Part shown: one piece after another, positions 34,799 through 45,795 of the stretch | How positions within the stretch are numbered: position 1 is the first letter of the stretch | Layout: every line of letters starts with the position of its first letter | Source: TPA_inf: Saccharomyces | Lineage: Eukaryota | Length of the DNA: 64,000 nucleotides | Reading direction: 5' to 3' | NCBI GenBank assembly: GCA_000146045.2 | Contig: BK006935.2 | Coordinates: forward strand, 96,001-160,000 | The notes under the pieces: generated by a model | What the model was told of the DNA's origin: nothing | Databases searched by the model: none | The model's input: the letters and a program-made list of their open reading frames with translations, nothing else | Position numbers and translations under genes: made by a program

Positions 34799-35983
34799 AT
34801 GACTCTACAAGAATCTGATAAATTTGCTACCAAGGCCATTCATGCCGGTGAACATGTGGACGTTCACGGTTCCGTGATCGAACCCATTTCTTTGTCCACC
34901 ACTTTCAAACAATCTTCTCCAGCTAACCCTATCGGTACTTACGAATACTCCAGATCTCAAAATCCTAACAGAGAGAACTTGGAAAGAGCAGTTGCCGCTT
35001 TAGAGAACGCTCAATACGGGTTGGCTTTCTCCTCTGGTTCTGCCACCACCGCCACAATCTTGCAATCGCTTCCTCAGGGCTCCCATGCGGTCTCTATCGG
35101 TGATGTGTACGGTGGTACCCACAGATACTTCACCAAAGTCGCCAACGCTCACGGTGTGGAAACCTCCTTCACTAACGATTTGTTGAACGATCTACCTCAA
35201 TTGATAAAGGAAAACACCAAATTGGTCTGGATCGAAACCCCAACCAACCCAACTTTGAAGGTCACCGACATCCAAAAGGTGGCAGACCTTATCAAGAAGC
35301 ACGCTGCCGGCCAAGACGTGATCTTGGTTGTCGACAACACCTTCTTGTCCCCATATATCTCCAATCCATTGAACTTCGGTGCAGACATCGTTGTCCACTC
35401 CGCTACAAAGTACATCAACGGTCACTCAGACGTTGTGCTCGGTGTCCTGGCCACTAATAACAAGCCATTGTACGAGCGTCTGCAGTTCTTACAAAACGCC
35501 ATTGGTGCTATCCCATCTCCTTTCGATGCTTGGTTGACCCACAGAGGTTTGAAGACTTTGCATCTACGTGTCAGACAAGCTGCCCTCAGCGCCAACAAAA
35601 TCGCTGAATTCTTGGCAGCAGACAAGGAAAACGTTGTCGCAGTCAACTACCCAGGTTTGAAGACACACCCTAACTACGACGTAGTGTTAAAGCAACACCG
35701 TGATGCCCTTGGTGGTGGTATGATCTCCTTCAGAATCAAGGGTGGTGCTGAAGCTGCTTCCAAGTTCGCCTCCTCCACAAGACTGTTCACATTGGCCGAA
35801 TCCCTTGGTGGTATCGAATCTCTATTGGAAGTGCCCGCTGTGATGACCCACGGTGGTATCCCAAAGGAGGCCAGAGAGGCCTCTGGTGTTTTTGACGACT
35901 TGGTTAGAATCTCTGTCGGTATTGAAGACACTGACGATCTTTTGGAAGACATCAAGCAAGCCTTGAAACAAGCCACCAACTAA
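34799..35983 (+). CDS. CYS3: Cystathionine gamma-lyase (PLP-dependent)
   Basis: Track ORF has 26 extra upstream codons. The known 394-aa protein starts MTLQESDKFATKAIHAGEH. PLP-lysine region SATKYINGHSD. Confidence 0.93.
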   Translation: MTLQESDKFATKAIHAGEHVDVHGSVIEPISLSTTFKQSSPANPIGTYEYSRSQNPNRENLERAVAALENAQYGLAFSSGSATTATILQSLPQGSHAVSIGDVYGGTHRYFTKVANAHGVETSFTNDLLNDLPQLIKENTKLVWIETPTNPTLKVTDIQKVADLIKKHAAGQDVILVVDNTFLSPYISNPLNFGADIVVHSATKYINGHSDVVLGVLATNNKPLYERLQFLQNAIGAIPSPFDAWLTHRGLKTLHLRVRQAALSANKIAEFLAADKENVVAVNYPGLKTHPNYDVVLKQHRDALGGGMISFRIKGGAEAASKFASSTRLFTLAESLGGIESLLEVPAVMTHGGIPKEAREASGVFDDLVRISVGIEDTDDLLEDIKQALKQATN

Positions 35984-36198
35984 TCGCCAGTGCCACGTCT
36001 CTGCCTTCGACCGGACCTTTTTAAGTACGATAAATATCCTTTTATAAATATATAGTCTAAAATATCCATTAATACTGTGCTCAATCAATCGTGTTAGATG
36101 ATTTAGTTTTTTCCAAATCGTTATTATAGTGCAGAAGTAGTATACATAAAGGCATATGCATGCGATTTGGAAGTAACGCTCGCCGTAGACAAGTAAGA

Positions 36199-38076
36199 AT
36201 GCCTGCTGTCTTGAGAACCAGGTCCAAAGAATCCTCTATAGAGCAGAAGCCTGCTTCCAGAACTAGAACGAGATCAAGAAGGGGCAAGCGTGGTCGTGAC
36301 GATGATGATGATGACGACGATGAGGAAAGCGATGATGCATACGATGAAGTAGGTAATGACTATGACGAGTATGCTTCAAGAGCGAAGCTGGCCACCAATA
36401 GGCCCTTCGAAATAGTCGCGGGACTGCCTGCTAGTGTGGAGCTGCCCAACTATAACTCTTCGCTTACTCATCCGCAATCAATTAAAAATTCTGGGGTGCT
36501 TTACGACTCTCTGGTCAGTTCCAGAAGAACCTGGGTTCAGGGTGAGATGTTTGAACTGTATTGGCGAAGACCTAAGAAAATTGTTAGTGAATCTACCCCA
36601 GCAGCGACGGAGAGTCCAACATCTGGAACGATTCCTTTGATTCGAGATAAGATGCAGAAAATGTGCGATTGTGTAATGAGTGGAGGTCCTCACACGTTCA
36701 AAGTTAGACTTTTCATACTGAAGAATGACAAAATCGAACAGAAATGGCAAGATGAGCAAGAGTTGAAGAAAAAGGAAAAGGAACTGAAACGAAAGAACGA
36801 TGCAGAGGCCAAAAGATTGAGGATGGAGGAAAGGAAAAGGCAGCAGATGCAAAAGAAAATAGCCAAGGAACAAAAACTTCAATTGCAGAAGGAAAATAAA
36901 GCCAAGCAGAAGTTGGAACAGGAGGCGCTGAAGCTAAAAAGAAAGGAAGAAATGAAAAAACTAAAGGAACAAAATAAAAATAAACAGGGTTCACCTTCTT
37001 CCTCCATGCATGACCCAAGAATGATAATGAATTTGAATTTGATGGCACAAGAAGATCCAAAACTAAACACTTTAATGGAAACCGTCGCAAAGGGTCTTGC
37101 CAATAATAGTCAACTGGAGGAATTTAAAAAGTTCATTGAAATTGCCAAAAAAAGGTCACTAGAGGAGAACCCAGTTAATAAGCGTCCATCTGTCACAACA
37201 ACGCGACCTGCACCTCCCTCTAAAGCTAAAGACGTAGCCGAAGATCACCGGTTAAACTCGATAACCTTGGTGAAAAGTTCCAAAACCGCTGCCACGGAAC
37301 CTGAACCAAAAAAAGCTGATGACGAGAATGCAGAGAAGCAACAGTCCAAAGAGGCAAAGACAACTGCCGAATCGACTCAAGTAGATGTCAAGAAAGAAGA
37401 AGAAGATGTGAAGGAAAAGGGTGTGAAATCAGAGGATACACAAAAGAAAGAAGATAATCAAGTGGTACCGAAAAGGAAAAGAAGAAAGAACGCAATAAAG
37501 GAAGATAAAGATATGCAATTGACCGCGTTCCAACAGAAATACGTTCAAGGTGCGGAGATCATCCTGGAGTATTTAGAATTCACCCATTCGAGGTATTACC
37601 TGCCTAAGAAATCAGTAGTAGAATTTTTGGAGGATACGGATGAGATTATAATATCTTGGATTGTTATACACAATTCTAAAGAAATTGAGAAGTTCAAAAC
37701 CAAGAAAATAAAAGCTAAACTGAAAGCCGACCAAAAACTAAACAAGGAGGATGCCAAGCCAGGCTCTGATGTGGAGAAGGAAGTCAGCTTTAATCCTCTT
37801 TTTGAAGCCGATTGCCCTACCCCTCTCTACACCCCAATGACAATGAAGTTATCGGGGATTCACAAAAGATTTAACCAAATCATCCGAAATAGCGTTTCTC
37901 CAATGGAAGAAGTTGTTAAAGAAATGGAAAAAATTCTGCAAATTGGTACTAGATTGTCTGGCTATAATCTGTGGTACCAATTGGATGGATACGATGATGA
38001 AGCTTTGAGCGAAAGTTTGCGGTTCGAACTAAATGAGTGGGAGCACGCCATGAGAAGCAGAAGACACAAAAGATAA
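36199..38076 (+). CDS. SWC3: SWR1 complex subunit
   Basis: Track ORF has 13 extra upstream codons. The known 625-aa protein starts MPAVLRTRSKESS. PolyD acidic run and lysine-rich coiled-coil middle. Confidence 0.88.
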   Translation: MPAVLRTRSKESSIEQKPASRTRTRSRRGKRGRDDDDDDDDEESDDAYDEVGNDYDEYASRAKLATNRPFEIVAGLPASVELPNYNSSLTHPQSIKNSGVLYDSLVSSRRTWVQGEMFELYWRRPKKIVSESTPAATESPTSGTIPLIRDKMQKMCDCVMSGGPHTFKVRLFILKNDKIEQKWQDEQELKKKEKELKRKNDAEAKRLRMEERKRQQMQKKIAKEQKLQLQKENKAKQKLEQEALKLKRKEEMKKLKEQNKNKQGSPSSSMHDPRMIMNLNLMAQEDPKLNTLMETVAKGLANNSQLEEFKKFIEIAKKRSLEENPVNKRPSVTTTRPAPPSKAKDVAEDHRLNSITLVKSSKTAATEPEPKKADDENAEKQQSKEAKTTAESTQVDVKKEEEDVKEKGVKSEDTQKKEDNQVVPKRKRRKNAIKEDKDMQLTAFQQKYVQGAEIILEYLEFTHSRYYLPKKSVVEFLEDTDEIIISWIVIHNSKEIEKFKTKKIKAKLKADQKLNKEDAKPGSDVEKEVSFNPLFEADCPTPLYTPMTMKLSGIHKRFNQIIRNSVSPMEEVVKEMEKILQIGTRLSGYNLWYQLDGYDDEALSESLRFELNEWEHAMRSRRHKR

Positions 38077-38183
38077 GGTGTTCGGTTACTTTATTCTGCT
38101 TTAACGCCATTATGATTATACACATTGTATTACTTATTTTTTAACCTGTATATTAAAACCTTTATTTTATTTCACATTACTCA

Positions 38184-39665
38184 TCATGTGGAGTACTGGA
38201 ATTGTATGCCAAACTTTGCCGGGAAAACTGGTATATTGCCGTTTTCTGTATCAGTTGCTGATATAGATATTGCATTATCATTCTTTTCATCATCGGATAA
38301 ACTTTCTTGAAAGCCTCTAGTGAATACCAGCTCTGTCCCGGCAGATATTAAAAATCCCCTCCATTTGCCTTCCCATAATAGTTTTAAAGTCTTGTCACGT
38401 AATGACGTGCTTAATTTCCAAACACTGGTAAAAATGGAACTATTTATTTTGTTATCAAATTTTTCGATGGTAGATCTTTCTTCATCGATTTTTCTTAATG
38501 ACGACGAGAATGCATAAGTTAAATCATTTAATAGCTTTTGTTTGTGAACAGGTATATCTAGTGTAGAAGGAATATCGTTAACAGCTGAATTCAGATCCGG
38601 TACATTTTCGTGCAGTAGTTTAGTCGCTCTGCTGTTTGGATTTATATCAACCAATTCGTCGGAGATTGGTTCTAATTTATCATTATTGTTTTTATTGGTT
38701 TCAAGCAAATGATGCTTTTTTTGCCAAAATTCGCACCCAAATGAAAGATTTGATTCAATCGAATAAAGATTAAAATCATACTTCGCGCAAAAAGTAGAAT
38801 TTGTCCCTGTCTTGGCCGAATATGTGGAGGATATATGGCCGAATAATGGATTCCAAGATAATGTCAAAGTTAGTGGTCGTCCTGTGTTTGTAGAATGTGT
38901 GTAATATCTTAAAGTTGTCGAACAACCGGGGCTTAAACTTACTAACCCTAACCAAAATTCAGCACCAAGCGACAACGAAGAATTATTGTACAGTGAGGTG
39001 TTAAACTTGGAAGGCGTGGTAAGGAAATTGTGTAATACTCTATAACCACATAATAGATCACTGGTGGAAAATATCCACTCCTGTAAATTGCGGTGAGAAT
39101 CTCTTTGAAAATAGCACGTTAAAACGTTTAAGCTTTCTTTGAAACTACTGACACCCTTAAGCATAAATTGGGTTTGTGGACTTAGTCGTTTTATTATCAT
39201 TGCTTCTAAATCAGAGCTGGGGTAGTACATTCTACCATAATAAAGGGATTTTTTAACAAATTTCGAGTCATGTAGTAATTTCTTGTCATTGTCGACTGTG
39301 GTGTTGTCACTACTCAACGTATTCGCACTACTAACACTGAAATTGAGGTTTGGTTGCAATTGTCTGTATGTTTCGGTGGCATCTTGTAATGGGATATCAG
39401 TAGAGTTGCGCATGAATTTCTCCAATTGCTGTGCATCGGAGTATAAATAACTCAGAGAACCATTTATCCTGGACCTCGTAGAAAAATCTAAAGAATTGAA
39501 TGTATTGGGAGTAGATTTGTTGGAAATTTGCAGGTGTATTGCTGAGGGAATTCGGAAATCTAATAATGTTCTCGATGTGGCCGTTATATCCTCGTAGCTA
39601 TTTTGCGTACTCCAATGGGTGCTCTGATAAAATGCCCTTAGTACTTGGTCCATATAGGGTAGCAT
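38184..39665 (-). CDS. MDM10: Mitochondrial outer-membrane beta-barrel (ERMES/SAM component)
   Basis: Track ORF is 513 aa. The known 493-aa protein starts MLPYMDQVLRAFYQS, so 20 upstream codons are trimmed. Confidence 0.88.
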   Translation of the reverse strand: MLPYMDQVLRAFYQSTHWSTQNSYEDITATSRTLLDFRIPSAIHLQISNKSTPNTFNSLDFSTRSRINGSLSYLYSDAQQLEKFMRNSTDIPLQDATETYRQLQPNLNFSVSSANTLSSDNTTVDNDKKLLHDSKFVKKSLYYGRMYYPSSDLEAMIIKRLSPQTQFMLKGVSSFKESLNVLTCYFQRDSHRNLQEWIFSTSDLLCGYRVLHNFLTTPSKFNTSLYNNSSLSLGAEFWLGLVSLSPGCSTTLRYYTHSTNTGRPLTLTLSWNPLFGHISSTYSAKTGTNSTFCAKYDFNLYSIESNLSFGCEFWQKKHHLLETNKNNNDKLEPISDELVDINPNSRATKLLHENVPDLNSAVNDIPSTLDIPVHKQKLLNDLTYAFSSSLRKIDEERSTIEKFDNKINSSIFTSVWKLSTSLRDKTLKLLWEGKWRGFLISAGTELVFTRGFQESLSDDEKNDNAISISATDTENGNIPVFPAKFGIQFQYST

Positions 39666-39853
39666 CAAGATCGGTCTTCTCTGTTCGTGTCTTTTTCCTA
39701 ACGTATATTTGCTTTGTTTCTTCACTCAACAATAAAGTCAAAGTAAAATTAAATACTAATTATTCTTAAAAGGGAAGATGCGAAATTTAGCGAAAATCTA
39801 TTGATTATACACACAAAGGAAGAAAGGTAGTGGAAAGCTAAATAAAGGAGGTC

Positions 39854-40633
39854 ATGGAGCCAGAGAGCATAGGCGATGTGGGGAACCATGCCCAGGATGA
39901 TAGTGCCAGTATAGTGTCCGGGCCTCGCAGGCGTTCTACTAGCAAGACATCCAGTGCGAAGAATATACGGAACTCCAGTAATATCTCTCCAGCATCGATG
40001 ATTTTCAGGAATTTGTTGATACTGGAGGATGATTTAAGACGCCAAGCTCACGAACAAAAGATACTGAAGTGGCAATTCACTTTGTTCTTAGCGTCTATGG
40101 CCGGTGTAGGCGCATTTACCTTCTACGAACTTTATTTCACTTCAGATTATGTCAAGGGCCTCCATAGGGTTATTTTGCAATTCACTCTTTCTTTCATTTC
40201 CATTACTGTAGTTCTTTTTCATATCAGTGGACAATATAGAAGAACTATCGTCATTCCAAGAAGATTTTTTACCTCTACTAATAAAGGGATTAGGCAGTTT
40301 AATGTGAAGCTAGTTAAAGTACAGTCTACGTGGGACGAGAAATACACAGATTCAGTAAGATTTGTGAGTCGAACAATTGCTTATTGTAATATTTATTGTT
40401 TGAAAAAATTTCTGTGGCTTAAAGACGATAATGCCATTGTGAAATTTTGGAAAAGTGTCACGATACAATCCCAACCGAGGATCGGAGCTGTGGATGTGAA
40501 ATTAGTCCTCAACCCCAGAGCATTTAGTGCAGAGATTAGAGAAGGATGGGAGATTTATAGAGACGAGTTTTGGGCCAGGGAAGGTGCTAGAAGACGCAAA
40601 CAAGCGCACGAACTCCGACCTAAATCAGAATGA
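39854..40633 (+). CDS. SPO7: Nem1-Spo7 phosphatase regulatory subunit (nuclear/ER membrane)
   Basis: 259-aa ORF with two predicted TM helices in the middle. Recognised as Spo7. Confidence 0.9.
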   Translation: MEPESIGDVGNHAQDDSASIVSGPRRRSTSKTSSAKNIRNSSNISPASMIFRNLLILEDDLRRQAHEQKILKWQFTLFLASMAGVGAFTFYELYFTSDYVKGLHRVILQFTLSFISITVVLFHISGQYRRTIVIPRRFFTSTNKGIRQFNVKLVKVQSTWDEKYTDSVRFVSRTIAYCNIYCLKKFLWLKDDNAIVKFWKSVTIQSQPRIGAVDVKLVLNPRAFSAEIREGWEIYRDEFWAREGARRRKQAHELRPKSE

Positions 40634-40913
40634 AAGAGTTGGAGGGCTTCTTCCTTCGAATAAGAGGTCATATTTACCTATGTAAAATTGTAACCATCTA
40701 TGTTCACACATAAATTATATTTTATACATTATTAGAAGTGAAGCTGTTGTGTCGTGAAAATTTTACAAATCCGTCATTTCATATTTAAGTTTTCCAACAA
40801 GTGCTAGAAAACCTAGGGGTTGTTGAAATTGGTTAAACAAGGCATCTTATTATACATACAACAGCATAACGCTAGAGGGGCAAGAAGGAAGAACTTAAAA
40901 TAATAGGTGTAAA

Positions 40914-41510
40914 ATGACTTTGGCTTTTAATATGCAACGGTTGGTGTTTCGTAATTTGAATGTTGGGAAGCGCATGTTCAAGAACGTCCCCTTATGGAGG
41001 TTTAATGTCGCCAATAAATTAGGAAAGCCCTTAACTCGCTCTGTAGGGTTAGGCGGTGCTGGCATAGTTGCTGGTGGCTTTTACTTGATGAATCGCCAGC
41101 CTTCTAAGTTGATATTCAATGATTCTTTAGGGGCAGCTGTCAAACAACAGGGTCCCTTGGAACCAACTGTGGGCAACAGTACGGCAATTACCGAGGAAAG
41201 GAGGAACAAAATAAGTAGTCACAAGCAGATGTTTTTGGGATCATTATTCGGTGTTGTTTTAGGAGTTACGGTGGCTAAGATATCAATTTTGTTTATGTAT
41301 GTCGGTATTACAAGCATGCTTCTTTGTGAATGGTTACGGTACAAGGGATGGATTCGCATTAATTTGAAAAATATCAAATCTGTAATTGTTTTGAAAGATG
41401 TAGACTTGAAGAAACTGCTTATTGATGGGTTATTGGGTACAGAATACATGGGTTTTAAAGTATTCTTTACATTGAGTTTCGTATTAGCAAGTTTAAATGC
41501 TAACAAATGA
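40914..41510 (+). CDS. FUN14: Mitochondrial outer membrane protein (FUN14 family)
   Basis: 198-aa ORF with a Gly-rich TM region (GLGGAGIVAGGFYL). Recognised as Fun14. Confidence 0.9.
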   Translation: MTLAFNMQRLVFRNLNVGKRMFKNVPLWRFNVANKLGKPLTRSVGLGGAGIVAGGFYLMNRQPSKLIFNDSLGAAVKQQGPLEPTVGNSTAITEERRNKISSHKQMFLGSLFGVVLGVTVAKISILFMYVGITSMLLCEWLRYKGWIRINLKNIKSVIVLKDVDLKKLLIDGLLGTEYMGFKVFFTLSFVLASLNANK

Positions 41511-41697
41511 GCAAGACAAATGACCAGATATAAACGAGGGTTATATTCTTTCGTTTTATACTTTTTTATTTTTGGTATTTCATTTATCCTATACAGTAAA
41601 TATACATAGGGCTAAGGAAGAAAAAAAAATCACGTCGAATATAAACCTAATTGTGTTCTATATTGCGGACATATATTTTTCGTAGATTGAAAAGTTC

Positions 41698-42345
41698 TTA
41701 AACGTAATTTTTTTGACGACCAGTGAAGAGGAATTGAATAAGTAGAACTTGGGCAATACTTATAACGGCAATGATAATGATAATCAATATAGATAACCAA
41801 GTCAACCTTGATTCGGTGGAATTGACGGTAGACATGTTTCTCCATTCTCTGGCTCTCAAATAGTTCAAAGTCTTCGTGATTTTGTTCAAGTTTCTATCTA
41901 TTTCCTCCACGGCGTTATTGGCAATAATGTCATCGTTATTGACATCAGCTTCATGCTCGTCAGTCAAAGTTTTTTCCTTTTCTAGTGTAATTTCTACCTT
42001 TTTCAACGCTGTACCATAGTTATTGGAAAAACAAAAGGTATACTTCCCCACTCCAAACGATTTTAATAAAAAGTCTGAGTACTTCTTTTGTTTCTCACTA
42101 GTAATCACAGATCCATCAGGAGCAGTAATATCAAAATCAATCTCAAAATTACCACCGGTTAGAACTTGGTAACCCACAGCCAGGGAATCATCCTCAGTAA
42201 CCATATCGTAGTACAGGCATTCTTTGCTGAATGCTGGTAAACTGATAGCAACTGGTGCATAACTGGAAGATGCAGCCACTGAATTGACCAACGCCAAAAT
42301 TAAAACAATGAAGAAAGAGGGTAGAGCAATTGTAGATTTGATCAT
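41698..42345 (-). CDS. ERP2: p24-family cargo receptor (GOLD domain, signal peptide, C-terminal TM)
   Basis: 215-aa ORF. N-terminal signal peptide, GOLD domain, a single TM near the C-terminus and a short cytosolic tail. Confidence 0.92.
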   Translation of the reverse strand: MIKSTIALPSFFIVLILALVNSVAASSSYAPVAISLPAFSKECLYYDMVTEDDSLAVGYQVLTGGNFEIDFDITAPDGSVITSEKQKKYSDFLLKSFGVGKYTFCFSNNYGTALKKVEITLEKEKTLTDEHEADVNNDDIIANNAVEEIDRNLNKITKTLNYLRAREWRNMSTVNSTESRLTWLSILIIIIIAVISIAQVLLIQFLFTGRQKNYV

Positions 42346-43151
42346 GGTTTTCCTTTACAATGAGTGTACTCCACTGTTTATCTTATTCTAGTTTGGGTCA
42401 CCTGATGCAGAATTGGCGGTGTCGATCCCTAAGGTTAATGAATCGAAATCACTGGAGATTTTGTTAGTTTTTCATTTTAACTAGTTCAAGTTTTGGCAGA
42501 ATGTACTTTTTCGTGTTTCGGGACACGTCGCTGAAAAGGATTGAAATATAACCAAACGCCATCATGTAAGGTGCAGTGAACATTAGCGCTAAGAGGATTG
42601 AGGATTGCTTTATGAAAGTTTATGAACATTTTCTTGAATTAAATAAATAAGTCTGAAAACACTTGAATTCGAGATGCTGTAGCAATTTGTAATATTATTT
42701 AAAGTTCACAGAGTGGCTTCCTTGGCGGATCTGAAAAATAGGTAGTGATTTAAGGCTATATAATATTAGATACACAAAACATACCAGAAATTTTCCTCGA
42801 AGACCAGCAGAAGGGAACCAATATCACGACATTAAAATATTGTTATCTCTTTTTATTCAGTGCTTGTATTTCAGCTTCCATTGAAAACGATGACTGTCTT
42901 CTCAATCTTCATGTCGAGCCCTCACACTGTACATGATAATATACTAGTACCATGAAAACTAGTCGATAGATGATAATTGATTTTTATTTGAAATAGAATC
43001 TTTAATGATCACAGTGGATCTTTTAAAAACTTGGTGAGATAGTGCTAGTGATCCGTAGTCTAAATGAGTTACGTACGAAAGGGAGCCAAAAGCAATCTGA
43101 CCAATTTGTATATATATACATCTATCCGAAAAGGAAGACATCAATTAGTAC

Positions 43152-43254
43152 GGGCGTGTGGTCTAGTGGTATGATTCTCGCTTTGGGCGACTTCCTGATT
43201 AAACAGGAAGACAAAGCATGCGAGAGGCCCTGGGTTCAATTCCCAGCTCGCCCC
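43152..43254 (+). tRNA. tP(UGG)A: tRNA-Pro (anticodon UGG), intron-containing
   Basis: GGGCGTGTGGTCTAGTGGTATGATTCTCGCTTTGGG, then a ~31-nt intron (cgacttcctgattaaacaggaagacaaagca), then TGCGAGAGGCCCTGGGTTCAATTCCCAGCTCGCCCC. A box GGTCTAGTGGTA and B box GGTTCAATTCC. Acceptor stem pairs. Confidence 0.93.
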
Positions 43255-43502
43255 GAATAATTTTTTTTTGCCTATCTATAAAATTAAAGTAGCAGTACTT
43301 CAACCATTAGTGTTAGCGATAATCAAGAAGTGAAACTCTTTCTCTATTTTTTTTTTAATTGAAAAATTTCCTTTCTCTATAGCGTATAGAATATATGTTA
43401 CATGTATATATATATATAAAGTAAAAACGTTCGGAAAATTCCTCATTATACCCAGATCATTAAAAGACATTTTCGTTATTATCAATTGCCGCACCAATTG
43501 GC

Positions 43503-44816
43503 TTAATCAACTTCTTCAACGGTTGGACCTTCAGCCTCTGGAGCTGGAGGAGCACCACCTGGGAAACCGCCTGGAGCACCACCTGCAGCGCCACCTGGAG
43601 CACCACCAGCTTGGTACAACTTAGACATGATTGGGTTGGCAATGTCTTGCAACTCCTTCAACTTGTCATCGAATTCTTCCTTGCTGGCAGTGGTGTTGCT
43701 GTCTAACCAAGAAATAGTCTCTTCAGCCTTCTTGGTGACGGTGTCCTTGTCAGCTTGTTCCAATTTGTCACCAGCTTCAGAAATGGTGTTCTTCAAAGAG
43801 TAAGCAATGGATTCCAATTGGTTCTTGGAAGCAATTCTTTGAGATTCCTTTTCATCTTCTTCCTTGAATTTTTCGGCTTCAGCAACCATCTTTTCGATAT
43901 CTTCCTTGGACAATCTACCCTTGTCGTTGGTAATAGTGATCTTGTTAGACTTACCAGTACCCTTTTCGACGGCGGAAACATTCAAAATACCGTTAGAGTC
44001 GACATCGAAAGTGACTTCAATTTGTGGGACACCTCTTGGAGCTGGTGGAATACCACTCAATTCGAACTTACCCAACAAGTTGTTGTCCTTAGTCTTGGCT
44101 CTTTCACCTTCAAAGACTTGAATCAAGACACCTGGTTGGTTATCAGCATAAGTGGAAAAGATCTCGGACTTCTTTGTTGGAATGGTAGAGTTTCTTGGAA
44201 TCAACTTGGTCATGACACCACCAGCAGTTTCAATACCCAAGGATAATGGAGCGACATCCAACAACAATAGATCTTGAGTCTTGGAAGATTCGTCACCAGT
44301 CAAAATAGCAGCTTGAACAGCAGCACCGTAAGCAACAGCTTCATCTGGGTTGATAGATCTGTTTGGTTCCTTACCGTTGAAGTAGTCAGTGACCAATTTT
44401 TGGACCTTTGGAATTCTGGTAGAACCACCGACCAAGACAATTTCATCGACTTGAGATTTGTCCAATTTAGCATCTCTCAAGACCTTTTCAACTGGGTCCA
44501 AAGTAGATCTGAACAAGTCAGCACACAATTCTTCGAATCTGGCTCTGGTGATGGAAGTGTAGAAATCGATACCTTCGAACAAAGAGTCAATTTCAACGGA
44601 AGTTTGAGCGGAGGAAGACAAAGTTCTCTTGGCTCTTTCACAAGCGGTTCTTAATCTTCTCAAAGCTCTTTGGTTGGTAGACAAGTCCTTCTTGTTCTTT
44701 CTCTTGAATTCTTGGATGAAGTGGTTGACCAATCTGTTGTCAAAATCTTCACCACCCAAATGGGTGTCACCAGCGGTGGCCTTAACTTCAAAGATACCGT
44801 CTTCAATGGACAACAA

Positions 44817-44849
<33 letters not shown>

Positions 44850-45431
44850 AATCAAGACGTGTTCTTCCTTACCCTTCTTGTCCAAACCGTAAGCAATGGC
44901 AGCGGCGGTAGGTTCGTTAATAATACGCAAGACATTCAAACCAGCAATGGTACCAGCATCCTTGGTAGCTTGTCTTTGAGAATCGTTGAAGTAAGCTGGG
45001 ACAGTGACGACAGCGTCATTGACCTTGGCTCCCAAGTAAGATTCGGCAGTTTCCTTCATCTTACCCAAGACCATGGAGGAGATTTGTTCTGGGGTAAAGT
45101 TCTTGGTTTCACCCTTAAATTCAACTTGAATTTGAGGCTTACCGTCAACATCGATCAACTTGAATGGGAAGTGCTTCATGTCAGCCTGCACTTCTGGGTC
45201 GTTGAAGTTTCTACCGATCAAACGCTTAGCGTCGAAAACGGTATTCGAAGGATTCATAGCAGCTTGATTCTTAGCAGCATCACCAATCAATCTTTCAGTG
45301 TCAGTGAAAGCGACAAAAGATGGAGTGGTTCTGTTACCTTGATCGTTGGCAATAATGTCCACACGATCATTAGCAAAGTGAGCAACACACGAGTATGTTG
45401 TACCTAAATCAATACCGACAGCTTTTGACAT
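43503..45431 (-). CDS. SSA1: Cytosolic Hsp70 chaperone
   Basis: 642-aa ORF. Hsp70 signatures [30 protein letters not shown]-terminal GGAP repeats ending EEVD. Confidence 0.96.
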
Positions 45432-45564
45432 ATTATCTGTTATTTACTTGAATTTTTGTTTCTTGTAATACTTGATTACTTTTCTTTTGATGTGCTTATC
45501 TTACAAATAGAGAAAATAAAACAACTTAAGTAAGAATTGGGAAACGAAACTACAACTCAATCCC

Positions 45565-45572
45565 TTCTCGAA
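45565..45572. promoter_or_regulatory. Two-unit HSE-like dyad TTCtcGAA, flanked by STRE-like CCCCT motifs at 45587-45591 and 45636-45642
   Basis: Read directly. Weaker than the two elements above. Confidence 0.45.
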
Positions 45573-45679
45573 GATACATCAATCCACCCCTTATATAACC
45601 TTGAAGTCCTCGAAACGATCAGCTAATCTAAATGGCCCCCCTTCTTTTTGGGTTCTTTCTCTCCCTTTTGCCGCCGATG

Positions 45680-45698
45680 GAACGTTCTGGAAAAAGAA
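45680..45698. promoter_or_regulatory. Heat shock element (GAAcgTTCtgGAAaaaGAA), Hsf1 site about 250 bp upstream of the SSA1 ATG
   Basis: Alternating GAA/TTC pentamer units with perfect 5-bp phasing, read directly. SSA1 is a classic Hsf1 target. Confidence 0.8.
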
Positions 45699-45782
45699 GA
45701 ATAATTTAATTACTTTCTCAACTAAAATCTGGAGAAAAAACGCAAATGACAGCTTCTAAACGTTCCGTGTGCTTTCTTTCTA

Positions 45783-45795
45783 GAATGTTCTGGAA
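45783..45795. promoter_or_regulatory. Second heat shock element (GAAtgTTCtgGAA; extended TTCtttctaGAAtgTTCtgGAA)
   Basis: Three perfectly phased nGAAn/nTTCn units about 350 bp upstream of SSA1. Confidence 0.78.

Noticed and set aside
42346-43151. Possible Ty LTR (delta/sigma/tau) upstream of tP(UGG)A
   Set aside because: I searched by eye for TGTTGGAATA...TCTCA and TGTTGTATCTCAAAATGAGATATG termini and for Ty3-style placement 16-19 bp upstream of the tRNA. None found. Kept only as a low-interest finding to be checked by BLAST.
43755-45407. Plus-strand ORFs of 85-245 aa antisense to SSA1 (for example 44670..45407, 245 aa)
   Set aside because: They lie entirely inside the highly conserved Hsp70 CDS on the opposite strand, have low-complexity composition and no recognisable domains. 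Mirror-frame ORFs are expected in a long GC-balanced CDS. Likely the dubious YAL004W class.
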